In this document: piece after piece, positions 13,268 through 25,715 of the stretch
Layout: each line of letters starts with the position of its first letter
How positions within the stretch are numbered: the first letter of the stretch is position 1
NCBI GenBank assembly: GCA_964187785.1
Contig: OZ076416.1
Span: 46,996,001 to 47,060,000 of the forward strand
Origin: Amphiscolops sp. MND2022
Taxonomy: Eukaryota
Reading direction: 5' to 3'
DNA length: 64,000 bases
Notes under the pieces: model-generated
What the model was told of the DNA's origin: nothing
What the model saw: the letters and a program-made list of their open reading frames with translations, nothing else
The model's database searches: none
Program-made: the position numbers and the translations under genes

Positions 13268-14220
13268 AGAGTAAAAGGCACGAAGCTTGAAGGAAACTTC
13301 AAAGAGATAAAAAGCCAAATAATCAGCCAGAGCGAAAACACTATAACAGTGTTACCCAAATCAGGTAAACAAACAATCTACTCAAAGCGCGATGTGGCCA
13401 AAATGGGACAAGATGCCAACACAAACGAGAAAGAAACTATCAAAAAGAAGCCAAAAACCCAATAAAGGCCAGCAAAGCCAATACAACCATTTTGGCGGGA
13501 ATCGACAAGCAGCTCAGAAATGGGACAACTTCCAAAAACGCCACAAAAAGAACAGCAAACTGAAGAAGAAAACATTACACAAGAAGTAGAAAAAGAAGAA
13601 AACCCCGAGCAAACAATTCAAATTAAAAAGTCAAAAAGTGAAACAGGCGAAGAAACAGAGAAAGAAGAAGAAAAAGAAGAAATAATTGATGAACCAGAAA
13701 AAAAGAAGATACCCATAAAAGGGGACATAAAATGAGAAAAAGAGAAAAAACCAACTCGAAGCTCAACAAGAAACCAAAAAAAACCAAACTGGCTAGGTCA
13801 CAACATAATGGTGACTAAAGTGGAACCAGAATCAAGTGCTGAAGAGAGCCTACCAAGCGTGTTTGAAATCACACCACCTGAAAACAAATAGACAAGAAAA
13901 GATAAACAATACAAAACATTGTTCTGTTGCTATCGTTAAATCGTTAATACAAAGCCCCAAGTACTAACCACTCCGATTGAAATAATCCCACCAGTATCTC
14001 GTACTTTGCAGTATGTTTGTGTTGTAGAAACGCTACTGATTTTAGTTATCGTTATTCTATTTATTAAAGTTAATCACTCAGTAACACTGTAAATTACTAC
14101 TATGAGCTTATTGGCTAATACAGAAACCAATCCTGAACCTAAACAAGCTCTGTGAAGTGAACTGATAACAAATTGGAAGTCATAACAGTCTCCCCATCCT
14201 TCATTTATTAGAGAGGGAAG

Positions 14221-14646
14221 TGTAGTAGAGTCTAGAATACTGAACTTGATTGCTGAGAAAACAGAAGTGTGAAAATAATTAAATTACGCAATAATAACAA
14301 CCTGCCAAACTTAGCCAAAATGGCAAATTAACATCAACTGCCATAACATCAGATTCCATACTAATCCACAGTTGTTACCGAATTCTCTTCTTTCACTATT
14401 AGTTAGTTAACGTTAACAGTTTTATTCAAAAGTGATGACTTTGCTCACAGACGTTCTGTTAGCATTTCTTTGCATTGGTTTTTTTCCGAAGAGCACGTTT
14501 GTTAGTCAATGCTTAGCAACACGAAGTAAGGACTTTTCAGTTACAAAGATTGTTTCAAATGTCCTGAACGTCCTTGTCTTCTTCGTTGTGAACAAGTTGA
14601 AGAGCATAAAAATGAACTCCGAAGGAAGTATAGGCACTTGACAACA
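14221..14646 (+). repeat. 3' LTR (426 bp)
   Basis: TGTAG...ACA, preceded by a polypurine tract; repeat of 8926-9351. Confidence 0.9.
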
Positions 14647-15495
14647 GATGTTGGCGAAAACCAGCAATGTATTCCATGCTCCGTCGTCTTGAAAGGCTGG
14701 CACAGTTTAGCAAGTTTTGTAGCGGTTATTAAGTTCCTACACCAGACTAAAACATTTGCAAATTTGAAACGAATTTTTTGTAGTGGTTTTGATAGTGACC
14801 ATTGCCGATGTCAAAGCGACCGAGTAACAGTATAAGTTTTCACTAAAGAGGTGATATGTTTCAGTTCTGGTAAATTTGCCACCGACAAAGTTAATGCAGC
14901 GCAAAAAATCTGCCATAATGTTTTTCGACTGTGTCAAAAATGCCAGAACACAAATGAACGTCCCAGGGAGAAGAGGTGGGAAACAGGAGCTCTTCTTGTG
15001 TCTACTCAAACAAACATTTTTATATGAAGCGATGTGAGAGTTATCTAACCGCTAAAAACAATGTTTCATATCAGTAAAGTACAGGTAACATGTAGATGCG
15101 AACGGAACTGAATTGAATCCAATATCGAGGGACCATGACCAATTTGTTTGTCGCTAGAGACAAACAAGGTTTCAGTTAGACCAATCATAGAACTTGAGGT
15201 ATGGTTGTATGGTTTCCTCACAACACAGAAAAGTTTGTTTCAATCAAATGAACGAAAAAGTGCGGCCGTTGTTTCTGATAAAGAACTTCGTACATTCTCA
15301 ATTGTAGAAAATTTATTTACAAGTGCGATGTGTTGTGGTTACAAGTGCAGAGTTCGCACGTTCAAAGCAATAAAGCGCCAACTAGATTTGAGGCTTCCGA
15401 TGTGTGTAATACAGAAAATACTAATCGGTCACCGATAAACTGTCAAGTAGATCTGAACTTTGGATGTAGTTCCCGTAAGCACTTCACCAGTAAAA

Positions 15496-15642
15496 ACCGT
15501 CCCGGTTGACAATTTCAATGTGGCGTAGAGTTTTTTCAGAGCCTCGACAGACTTAGTGCTGTTAACGTCACGTTAACAGCACTAAGTCTGTCGAGGCTCT
15601 GAAAAAACTCTACGCCACATTGAAATTGTCAACCGGGACGGT
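15496..15642. repeat. Perfect palindrome: 72-bp arms with a 3-nt spacer (tca)
   Basis: 15496-15567 is the exact reverse complement of 15571-15642. Confidence 0.97.
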
Positions 15643-16691
15643 ACTGAGAACAAGAGGTAAAAACAAAACTTCTGAACTATTGTTCATAGCTGGGTTTAGA
15701 AAACGTTGCCATATTGCCCTCGAAAGTGCTAAGCTGTTCATATTCGTAAATTTTTTCGGATAGTTGCTTACAGAACGGAATCCATAAGGAGCATATGTAA
15801 AGCACTGCCAAACAAAACAGGAAATGAGGATGAGGCTATTTTGAGGAACAATCAATCGGCGCGATGGCTAGTTGTCTTGTGAAGAATAGCAGGCTGACCT
15901 GAATCATTGTGTTCATATCGATCTGCTTTCCGTATAAAACCAGTGCCTTCAACTTTGCTCTTGGCACAGCATCTGTAGGACTTTTTTTGAAAAAACGCCA
16001 GATGTCATTTTCAATTTTTTATATTTCAAGCATTTATTTTCTTAGAAAAGCGGCAGAGAAACACGTTTGAAATTACGGCTTTGAAATGTCTTTTACGTTG
16101 TCGCAGTAGTATTCTAAGTCGTATTTGATATGATTATCTGAAGCTGCAATGCTCGTCACTGAAATATTCGCAGTAATTCATTAAACGTGACTTGTTTTTG
16201 TGCGAAAATTTTACTTGGCAAAGACTGAGGAAGCTGAAGTGGCCTGAGGCAACGAAGCTACAAAATGCAGAATCAGGCGTCAATGCACCAATCTTGATGA
16301 GCGATATGAATGTGTCGCAAAACGTACAATTATGCGGCCATCCGGAAAATTTGCTAACTTAAAACTTAGACAAGACGATCAGCTCGAGTCGACCGTGTAA
16401 GTACATGTAAGTAAATACGGAGAAAATTTGAAGCCGCCATATAAATTTGATCCAGGTACAAGCAGCAACTTGTCCTATCATTTAGCTTCCTCAGAGTTCG
16501 AAACGTCGATTTATTATAGCGATAATGTCGATCAAGGATTACAGAAGAGCTTCGACGAAGGGGTATCTACTTCAGAGTGACCTCTTACGTGAAAATGGAA
16601 TAGTTGAAAGGAATGTCTTCATGAAGTAAAGTAAGGAAATATCTCGTAACTTGTAAATGGTATGTTGCGAAACAGTGAAGGAGAACTTCCC

Positions 16692-16949
16692 CAGTCGAAC
16701 TCCCATACATTTCTTGCAAGAATCTTGCAGAAGTGGTACATTTCAGACACTATTTCAGACAGATTCTTGCAGATCAGACATTTTCTTGCAAGATCTTGCA
16801 AGACCAGACATTTTCTTGCAAGATCTTGCAAGACCAGACATTATCTTCCAAGATCTTTCAAGATACCTGCAAGAATAATGCATTGTCTTCCAAGATCTTG
16901 GAAGTGAAATCTGACAGATTCTTGCAGAAAATGCATGGGAGTTCGACTG
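16692..16949. mobile_element. MITE-like element with ~33-bp TIRs and internal ~30-bp tandem repeats
   Basis: Left cagtcgaactcccatacatttcttgcaagaatc; right (reverse complement) cagtcgaactcccatgcattttctgcaagaatc. Internal repeats of ttcttgcaagatcttgcaagaccagacatt. Confidence 0.85.
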
Positions 16950-18789
16950 AATACAGTTAAATTGAAACCAGCAAATCTTTGTATCACTAAGCTTGAAAAT
17001 CCAAGACAAGAATACACACGTTTGGCTAATCAGCACCTTTCATTATATATGAGACAACAGCCTAAAATGCGCGTTTTGGTTAATGAAAATTCTTTCATCG
17101 GATGAAGATGCTACTGAAGTTCCACGTCAGGTCGTTGTGTGATTGGCTGTTCCATAACATTCAATACAAATTACAGATTACTCAATTGTTTCAGGTACAT
17201 AATGCTAAAATCTACGCTCCCATACTCGTCTTACTGTATATCTAAAGTCCAAATGTCGTTTGTAGATTTTATCCTCAAATCTACGAAGCAACTGACAACT
17301 GCGGCAGATCATTGATCGGTGTGCTGATCGGTTATCTTAACTCAACGCTTTTGTATTTCGAATTGAAACACTACTTTTACAAACAATTTTACAATTAACA
17401 AAGTTGTCAATAGCATCCTTTTCTATTCATAACGGAGTTCATAGCCGTTTCCGTCTAATAGTTACTGATGGTTCAATTAATATATGATTTGAGCTTGTAA
17501 ATTTTTTTAGAAAACCGTTCTTTATTGAAATGTTATATGTAACTTGCTATGTCATTCGTGCGGCTTGCAGCGCGCAGCGGAAACTGCCTTCCAATTGTGA
17601 AAAAATCCGCTAATTTAATTTCAACAAACATTTTTGACACACAATTCCCATCATCGGGGAGTATTTACGAGCAGAACTATATCGCTGTTACCCTCGTCTC
17701 GTGACCGCTAGTTAGTAAACATGACTCGAAGCTTGATTTTTTATGCCGAAAATTTCCATGTGATTTGGTTAGCGGGTTACTGAACGATGTAGAGTCCGGA
17801 GAGAAGTGACAAACTAAGCAAATGATAAAGAAAATGTTGCAAGATGAAAACCTGGTGAAAAAATCTGTTCATAAATTCCAAAAGATACGTTCTGAGCAGT
17901 ACAATCACTGCATTCATGGACACCTATGCATGTCAGAAGCGATAAGGTTATTGCTAGTGTTGGAGAATCCATCTATTTCGAACCTTACAAGTTGAAGCTC
18001 GACAGGTTTAGTCAAAAAGTCCTTGTGTTTGTACACTGAAAAATATGCAGTTATTATCGAGGGGGGAGTCAGTTTTTGGCAGGAAAGGCAGCTGCTGCAG
18101 AAATCGAACGTTTTTTCGTCGACGAAATTGTGGATGAAAAACGAACTAACTTTACTTTTGAACTTGAACTTTTGAACTTATGATGAGTAATGAACATTCT
18201 GCTCTCAAATGTGGTTGTCGTCAATATTTGGCAACCGCTATTCCTGTCAACAATTTTGCGCACTTTTTAGTGCAATCATAGCGTTATCTTGTGCGTCAAT
18301 GAACGCTGTTTCAAATTTTTGTTACCGTCAAAAAATCCACTACATGGTTCAGAGACAACTTGCACTAGGGTTTTTCCATCTACCTTTCTGTTGTACCGCA
18401 ATTAGTATTTATTCACAACACTGTTTTCAAGAAATCGCATCCATGTAACAGTCAAAATCGAATTAATTAGAAGTGTTCATTTACTCTCACTCTCAATATC
18501 GATTGCTGTCATAATTGAAATTTCAGCGCAGAAGCAGCTCATCGAATAATATCTCGGTTTTGAGCAGATTTTTAAAAATGCAACTTTTTTGTTTCTACAG
18601 ATAGTCTGGAATCAATTGATATACGTTTTGTACTAGAACTATTGAATGAATCAGTATTTATTGTTTTCTGCAAAAATTTGGATACCATTTTTCGTCGGAG
18701 CATTTTCCTTTAAGGAAAGAAGTCCGACTATTACAGTGACTAGTTTTTTTTGTCAAATAACAATGTATGCCTAGTGGGCATTTTTTACA

Positions 18790-19548
18790 GATCTACCAAC
18801 TACTGGACCGGCAAGCGGAAACGCATCTAAGTTAGTGCAAAGAGTCCCCTTTCATTTAATTCTTTTTTAACGTAAGATACAAAACCGGACAAAACTATAC
18901 GGTTCTTTTTTGAATTTTGTTCGGCACTGTGCGACTTTTTCGAAACTTTTTTGTCTCCAAAGGCACTAAACACTTGGGTTAGGTTTTTCGGCACTATGGG
19001 ACAAAAAAATTTAAAAGTCTGAACTAGTTTTTTGCACATGACGAAGTCAATGTGCATTGCAGTCCAGCTAAAGAAGTTTTTTTTCCACAATAGCCAACTT
19101 GTTAATGAGCGCCTTTTAGAAAAGAGCCAAAACCCCCAGAGAGATTCGAACCTGCAGCCTCCCGATTGCACGGCATAAGCGTTGACCACTGTGCCATAGG
19201 GACGTTATTGAACAAAGGTGAACTGTTGAATATATACGCATGCGATTAGAATAATATATATACGCATATTAAAATAATCGATGTCTTCGTCATGTGTTGC
19301 GAAGCACCGCTTCGCCTCTGTGTATTTCAATATATACCAACAAATAATTTTCAATACTGTCCGAAATTTTGACGTAATATCCGAAGTAAAGCGCTATATC
19401 CGAATTTCTGGCGTTATGTCCAAACTATCTTTTACTAAGCAGGAGGCGGTGGTTTTTCATGAAAACGTCCTTCGCATATTTCAAAAACCGCTTTTTGAGC
19501 CTTAGATATAGCGCCGACTTTAGACATTCTCTTCTTGTTGATACATAT
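18790..19548 (+). mobile_element. Non-autonomous repeat (hairpin/TTGTT-ended family; possibly Helitron/Helentron-like) carrying a tRNA-like module
   Basis: Repeated cggcactgtgcgactttt modules and the terminal gagccttagatatagcgccgactt...cttgtt are shared with other copies. Class assignment is inference. Confidence 0.6.
19133..19203 (-). pseudogene. tRNA-like sequence (Pol III A/B boxes), degenerate
   Basis: The reverse complement has TGGCACAGTGG (A box) and GGTTCGAATC (B box) at tRNA spacing, but the T and anticodon stems pair poorly. Confidence 0.65.
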
Positions 19549-21372
19549 AAAATGTCTTCGAGCCTCATATTTCAGAAACAGTTGATTTTTCTACGTCAAA
19601 ACAAATCCATGACTTCAGTAAATTTGGAGTAATCAATTACGTATAAATTTAGCCTGAAAATATTTAGGTAAAATGGTCAACAATAGCCGTTTTCCTATTA
19701 TTGGCCCTTTTACCTATAAGTCTTATCTTGGCTAAAACTTAGCTTCTAACTCCTCATAATTTTGTCTAAGAACTTTCAAAAAACACTAATATGAACAAGA
19801 TAAAATTTTAATTTTTCTTGCTGATGTTCTCCAAAGTTTTACCGTGCTTCAAGTCGAAATTGGTGCTGAGTGACGATTTCTCAATCATAGCACTGTTTTT
19901 TGACAACCAACTCAAATGTTATAACTGATTGTTGTTATTGTGCTTTGTCACTCATAGCTCAGTGTAATATCAATGGTAAAGACGACAAGTTGCAAGAAAC
20001 CACGTCTGTCAAATACTTCGCCCTAGTTTCATGAAATCGTGTTTACTCTTCTCTCACGAATGACAGAATTGATCAATCTTTATCAACAAGACGCTTAGCT
20101 ATTTTACTACCGCGGATTTTTGTACATCACCATTAAAATACTAAAAGTTTCCACTAATAGTCAAATGTGATACTTGGACTTTCGAGCTCGAAATTGCTCG
20201 AAATATCACAAGATTAATTTGTTCGCAAAGTAGTCAGACTAGGGCTGGACTGGAGTCAGAAGCGCTCGAATGAGTGCCAACACGAGACTTGGATTGACTG
20301 AGCTCCCAATGTTGAGCTTCAGAATCTGTACATATCTGTGAGCCTCTTTCCCTTGAGGATCTGTAGAGATCGTGCCACTGAAATGATTGTTTCTTTTCTT
20401 TTTCTTTGATTTAGTCTGTCGAGCGTACAAAGCAGTTTGGGAAACTAACTTGCATTTCCCATGAACGAAAAGAAAAAGTTGTAACCTTGAGAACTACCGG
20501 AATAAATTGAATAAGGGTTCCCTAATTGTGAGATCAGCTGTCACTTAATTATCAATTTCTGTTTTCACATTTTTAAGGTCAACTAAACCAACTTTGCTTG
20601 TTTCCCTTAGATAATGCAACGATATACTACTAGTCTGTACTCGTGAGAGAGACAACTTCCAGACCAAAATCGCCATGTAATTGGGTTATCTCGTAAAAAG
20701 TTATTTTCATACCCCCTGTGATCAAACTATAACCTGTATGTAAAGAAACTTTTAACCCATTCAACTCTCAATCAACGCCCACCGTCCGTAGGCATGCCGA
20801 GGCATGCCTTTCGACGACGCGCGCCGAAAACCATATAACGGCGCCACCCGCTTCTGGGTTGGCAGAGGTGTTGATAAAGTGCTGTTGTTGTAATATTCCG
20901 GGAACATGGTTTGCTGGAGTAGTTTTAGTAATGGCTAGAAACTTGGAATACATTATAGTAATTTATTGGATTTTTCGTATGGTTAATTTACGAAAAATCT
21001 TTGAATGTCTGTCAGGATCTGTACAGACCTGTACATAGTGGCACAGAAACTTTTTAAAACTTCAATTAGGCTGTTTTTTTTAAATCTTGTAGAGGACTTA
21101 TTCAACCAATTTCAATTTCAAAACTGTTTTTTTACTGGTTAATATTAGACAAATTCTGGAATATCTGTCAGGATCTATACAAATTCGCAATGAGTGCTTA
21201 GCATGGGTCTTGTTGCTTTTGGATACAAATCGATATATAGAAATTTAATCACTGTTAACAATAGTCCATTCTCAACTATGATTTTCTCATCAATAAATGT
21301 TGATTTAAAATTACTTTGTTGTAACGAACTTACATTACCTATGTTTATTGAAAGATCTGTTTTCTACTGTAG

Positions 21373-21584
21373 ATGGGAGAACTCTTCGCTTCTCAGATTG
21401 GGCTGCTAAAATCTCGGCTCATTTTCAAGAAGCATTCTACATAGGCGAAAGTGATGAGCCCAACTCGAAGTTCCATGACATGAAGCTAATCAACAAAACG
21501 TGTATCTACAAAGACACGTTGAACTCACAGAATCCTTGGGCTGATTACCAATTGAGACCCAATTATGCAATTGCAATTGCGGAA
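21373..21584 (+). CDS. AGL: Glycogen debranching enzyme, exon (DGRTLRFSDWAAKISAHFQEAF...IYKDTLNSQNPWADYQLRPNYAIAIAE)
   Basis: Acceptor ctgtag|, donor |gtaagt, phase 1->0. Contains the conserved IYKD...PWxDYQLRPN motif. Confidence 0.96.
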
Positions 21585-22699
21585 GTAAGTCAATAAACAT
21601 TACAATTACTCTAGAGTACCAAAAAGCTGAAGCCACTCGATTTCGCTAACGAAAAATGGTGAAGCGGCATATCTTATAATATACTCATTTTCTTATAAGA
21701 AGTCCCGGGAGCAAAAAAACTCAAATTCTGATCAAAAATACAACTGTTTTTTGTTTCGAAGTTGAATCCAAATTTGAAAAATTTTATCACATGGTATTGT
21801 GAGGTTTGAAATTTTTCGAACTATATTACGGTTTACCTCAAAAACTATTGGTGATCAGGAAGACCTCTTTCGATCATTTTTGTAGCATTGACACCGATTT
21901 CAACAATACTTATAATTTACATTTTTTCTGTATATGCTTTCGTCAAACATCAACAGCTGAAAACAGTTGTAGTTCTGCCCAAACACTTTAATTGAGTGAC
22001 AATAGAACAATTTGTATTTTGTGATTACTTTGTGTAAACTCTTGAGAACGGTTGTTCAAGTTAAAAGTTAAGAGATCTGTGTCAAAGGTGAGTACTGAAG
22101 AAAACGGCCGGGTTTGAAAAACAGTGTAGGATTCCCGCCCTGCCGCCGGGTTTGCAACGGAAAGGATTCTTCCATAAAAGGACGTTTAGGAGCCGCTCCT
22201 TTTGGTGGTCAGAACTGTCGGTGTTCGCAAAAACTATTCATTCAGAGCTCGGGATTACTTCGCTGCTCGAGAAAAACGTTCATTTTAATTCGAAACCTGG
22301 AACTGTTTCACTTCTCGAGGAAAAGCGTTCCTTTTCATTCGGCGATGGAAACTCAATTTACAAGTTGTTCGATTCATCTTTTACTTGAACGTCTTATACT
22401 AAGCTGAATTGTTGGCTGTTCTTAAGGAATGGCTCAGACTGGAAGGCAAGAACGAAGCCAAAAGAAATATTGTGATCAAAGTACAACAAGTATTCTCCAG
22501 ATTACCATTTGAGAAAACTAACAAGTTTGAACTTTACGGAAACTATGTGATCAGCTTTTGCCTAGTTCAACAGAGAAATACAAATTTTAATCTTACTCCA
22601 GAAAAATTACAAAACAACCGGAAATCACTTGTGGGCGTTTATACAACTACAGTAAAGTGTACAGACTCCTTGTAATTGTTCGTGACGTACAAAAATTGC

Positions 22700-23270
22700 T
22701 TGAAATTTTTTGTGACAAATGCAACTATGTGGACAGAAGAACGAATTTCCAAAAATACCGACAAGCTAGACTTGTTCCACTCTGGACCATCTTGAGGTTA
22801 AAATTTTGCGAGCAGTCACATTGGTTCATTGACTTGGAGTGTTGAGTGAAGAATCGGTGAAATGGATACAGACACCAATCAAATGTGCCTACTCTGTTTG
22901 TCACTATCAAATAACAGTCACTGTATTACCCTTACCAAAGATGAGTACATTGCAGTTGGTGATCACAGGGTTACAAAAAGAGGCGTAATACAATTAATTA
23001 TATTAAAGTGACGCACATTATTGTTTTCATTGCAACCCGAGACACTCAACAATTCGAATTTTTGGCACATAATTGAATAAAATTAATTTCCCGAGAGAAT
23101 TTTACACGACAGCTGTCGCAGAGCTTTATGGTCATTTACTAATTGACCTGGATCCAAAAACAAGTGATTGTTTGGGATTTTGTTCAAACATTGTAGGTCC
23201 GGAACCAACTGTGTTTTACGTGCCTTTATCACAAGCTAAAGTTACAGAGATTTGACAATGAGCTTGAAAA
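22700..23270 (+). pseudogene. Polinton packaging ATPase remnant
   Basis: C-terminal YGHLLIDLDPKTSDCL-FCSNIVGPEPTVFYVP (ORF 23073-23255) and a possible decayed Walker A (SGPS..) near 22780. Confidence 0.7.
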
Positions 23271-24129
23271 ATTTGCATTACTGTTTCTTGGAAAAATCAC
23301 TTCATTTCAGCAGCAACAATTTTTAAAACATTGAGAAACAATTTCTGAAATTCTGTTTGAATGTGCAATCAGTATTATAGACGGTACAGTACCAGTCAAT
23401 TTGGGTGAGCTTACATTTTACAAGCCACAGCTCAAATGTCTTGTAAAAAGTCGACTTCGAACCAGAAGCCTAGAAAAATTGTGATGTCCGAGAAAGGCCT
23501 CAAACTGTTGAAATTGATTTCTCGTCCTTGTTTCTGTTATCTGGCAAATCAGTGTTTTTGAAGTACACCCAGGAGTTCAGTTCACATTAATACCCAAAAA
23601 GTTTCTACACTCAAAAATGCAATTCGACTTTACAAGTTTTGATAGATCCAGAAGTGGATCAAAATGGCAAATCTTTCTTTACTCCAAAGAGACAATACCT
23701 TTCCAGACACTGTAATGACAAAACCGAAAAAAATACCACTGAAACAGTTCTGGAATCACTAGATATGCTTATAGCAGCCCAGAAACAAAAAATAGAGATT
23801 TTCAACATAATTGAAGATTCTGATACAGTTGATTTTAACGACTATGGTGAATTAACAGTCAACAAAAATCTACCAAAATTGCCCTCTCAACATTTCTCCA
23901 CAACCTACTACAACCAAACAAAAAATGTGAAATTGAAATTGAACTTTTACTTGGTGCCCAATAAAACAGCCAAAATTTTTCGAACTCTTGTGAAGTGACG
24001 AAAAGAAAAAGGATTCCCGCTGAGGTTGAATCAGATGCCAGCGGCACAGAATCTAAAGGAGGTGCTAAAAGCAAAGCCTCCTGATCGAAAAGGTGGACAA
24101 CTCTCGAGAAATGAATATCGTTGGAAAAA

Positions 24130-24856
24130 CGTCACACACACTGCCAATGGTAGTGTACAGAGTTTGAAAACAGCAAACAGACTACCAAAAAAGAAGGTGG
24201 AAAACTTTTAGGCGCAAACAGATGACCATACGAAATAACGGACGCCTAGAAAAAAATTTCTCGACTCAAAGTTCAAGCCTACAGAATCAATGAAATTTGG
24301 TCAAAAGATGTTGCCTAAATTGATAAAATAGCCAAATGCAATAATGGAGTGAAATATTTACTAGTTGCAGTAGATGTCCTCTCGCGATTGGTTTGAGTGC
24401 AACCAATGAAAACGAAAACCGCCGTTGACTCAACACGAGCTTTGAAATGAATGATCTCCTACTATCTCCAAAACGTTTGGTCCGACAATAGCACAGAATT
24501 CTAGGGGGGAATTCAAACAATTTTGTGAGTCTAAAGGAGTTGAAATCTACAACACTCACTGCGAAACAAAGTCTGCTTCTGCTTCAACAGAATGACTGGT
24601 TTGGACCCAAGAAAGGTTGAAAAAAGCTAACAGCTCATCTAGTTTACTTGACAAATGTCAATACGTTACAGAAACCAAGCTTCAAAGAGGGGATCTTGTA
24701 AGAGTGGCAAAAGATTTACCATTCAAAAAAGGCTACAAGCAAAATTACACAAACGAAGTTTTCCTAGTCGATAAACTTGCTACCCCCAATCCTCCTAGAT
24801 ACAACCTACAAGCCTCCCAAGGAGAAAAACGTCTGGGCAAAATTTTAGAAACATGA
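24130..24856 (+). pseudogene. Polinton retroviral-like (c-)integrase remnant
   Basis: RLKVQAYRINEIWS...KYLLVAVDVLSR...VWSDNSTEF...KSA, then DLVRVAKDLPFKKGYKQNYTNEVF. Confidence 0.88.
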
Positions 24857-24876
24857 AATAGTTTCGGTTCGGAAAA

Positions 24877-25715
24877 ATGGACGAATTTGAAATTCATTTT
24901 TATCCATTGCCTCAATGGATATTTTTGAGGACTGCACTGATTCATTCAGAAACCAGCTACTCCAGAACATTTCCCTGGAAGGTGATTGGAGAGCGGCTTT
25001 ATCGCAAATTATTTTCCATCTCAGATAATTATTTTTTTTCTCATATGTACATGAAAAACTAACGAAAAATGACGTTAGTGCAAGCTCTGCTGAAGAAGAA
25101 TTTGACACTGAAAATGAAGAGGAAAAAAAGCTGTACCTTACTGTCAAAAATTACAGCTGGTATACAAAGTGTATGACAGTATTCATCCATTACTATTTGG
25201 AATACGTAAGCTTCTTCCATTGCTTCTGAGGACGGTAAAAATCAAACACGAGATGGCAAAGTTGAAATCGATTTTGATGCAAGTGCTTGTTTGACGTTTC
25301 CGACCAGAAACATTCCAAACCTAATGAGATTTGAGGGAAAAAAGACCCCATTTGGCTTTCACATCGGAAAGAAGGGTTATCAACAGCTTGCAGAACACTT
25401 GTAGCAGACCATCCTCATGACTTACTTTCCCGACTTACGTTAATTTTCGTTTACACAGACCTGATTGAATATCAGAATACTGGAAATGTGAATGCACCTG
25501 AACTACGAATAGTAGATAGTGGAAAACGCATAGAGAACGAAAAGGTCTTGACTATGCAAAGCTGGCAGACAAGATCATTTGCAATACAAAAAATTGTTGA
25601 GTCAAAACATTCAAACAATAAGCATTTAACTTAAAACAGAAACGGGAATCTTGTTCCGATTGTTGGAAAGGGACAGGTAGTATTAACCCTAATGTTTGAG
25701 AAATTTGCATGATGG
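24877..25715 (+). pseudogene. Polinton minor capsid (penton/PX-type) remnant
   Basis: SFRNQLLQNISLEGDWRAALSQIIFP near 24945-25020 and VYTDLIEYQNTGNVNAPELRIV near 25450-25515. Confidence 0.72.

Larger units (their letters stand above)
8926..14646 (+). mobile_element. Ty3/Gypsy LTR retrotransposon with both LTRs; gag and pol disrupted
   Basis: Direct repeats 8926-9351 and 14221-14646 start TGTAG; the 3' copy ends ACA; PPT agagggaag precedes 14221. Near-TSD gattt/gatgt. Domain order is gag-PR-RT-RH-INT. Confidence 0.95.

Noticed and set aside
16619-17036. Overlapping repetitive ORFs (LARSCK.., QDLAR..)
   Set aside because: They are a by-product of stop-free 30-bp minisatellite units in a MITE.
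17660-17715. Canonical Helitron 3' end (…CTAG)
   Set aside because: CTAG is present but there is no convincing short hairpin at the expected distance and no matching 5' end.
19133-19203. Functional tRNA gene
   Set aside because: T-arm and anticodon stems do not pair properly, and the sequence is embedded in a repeat copy.
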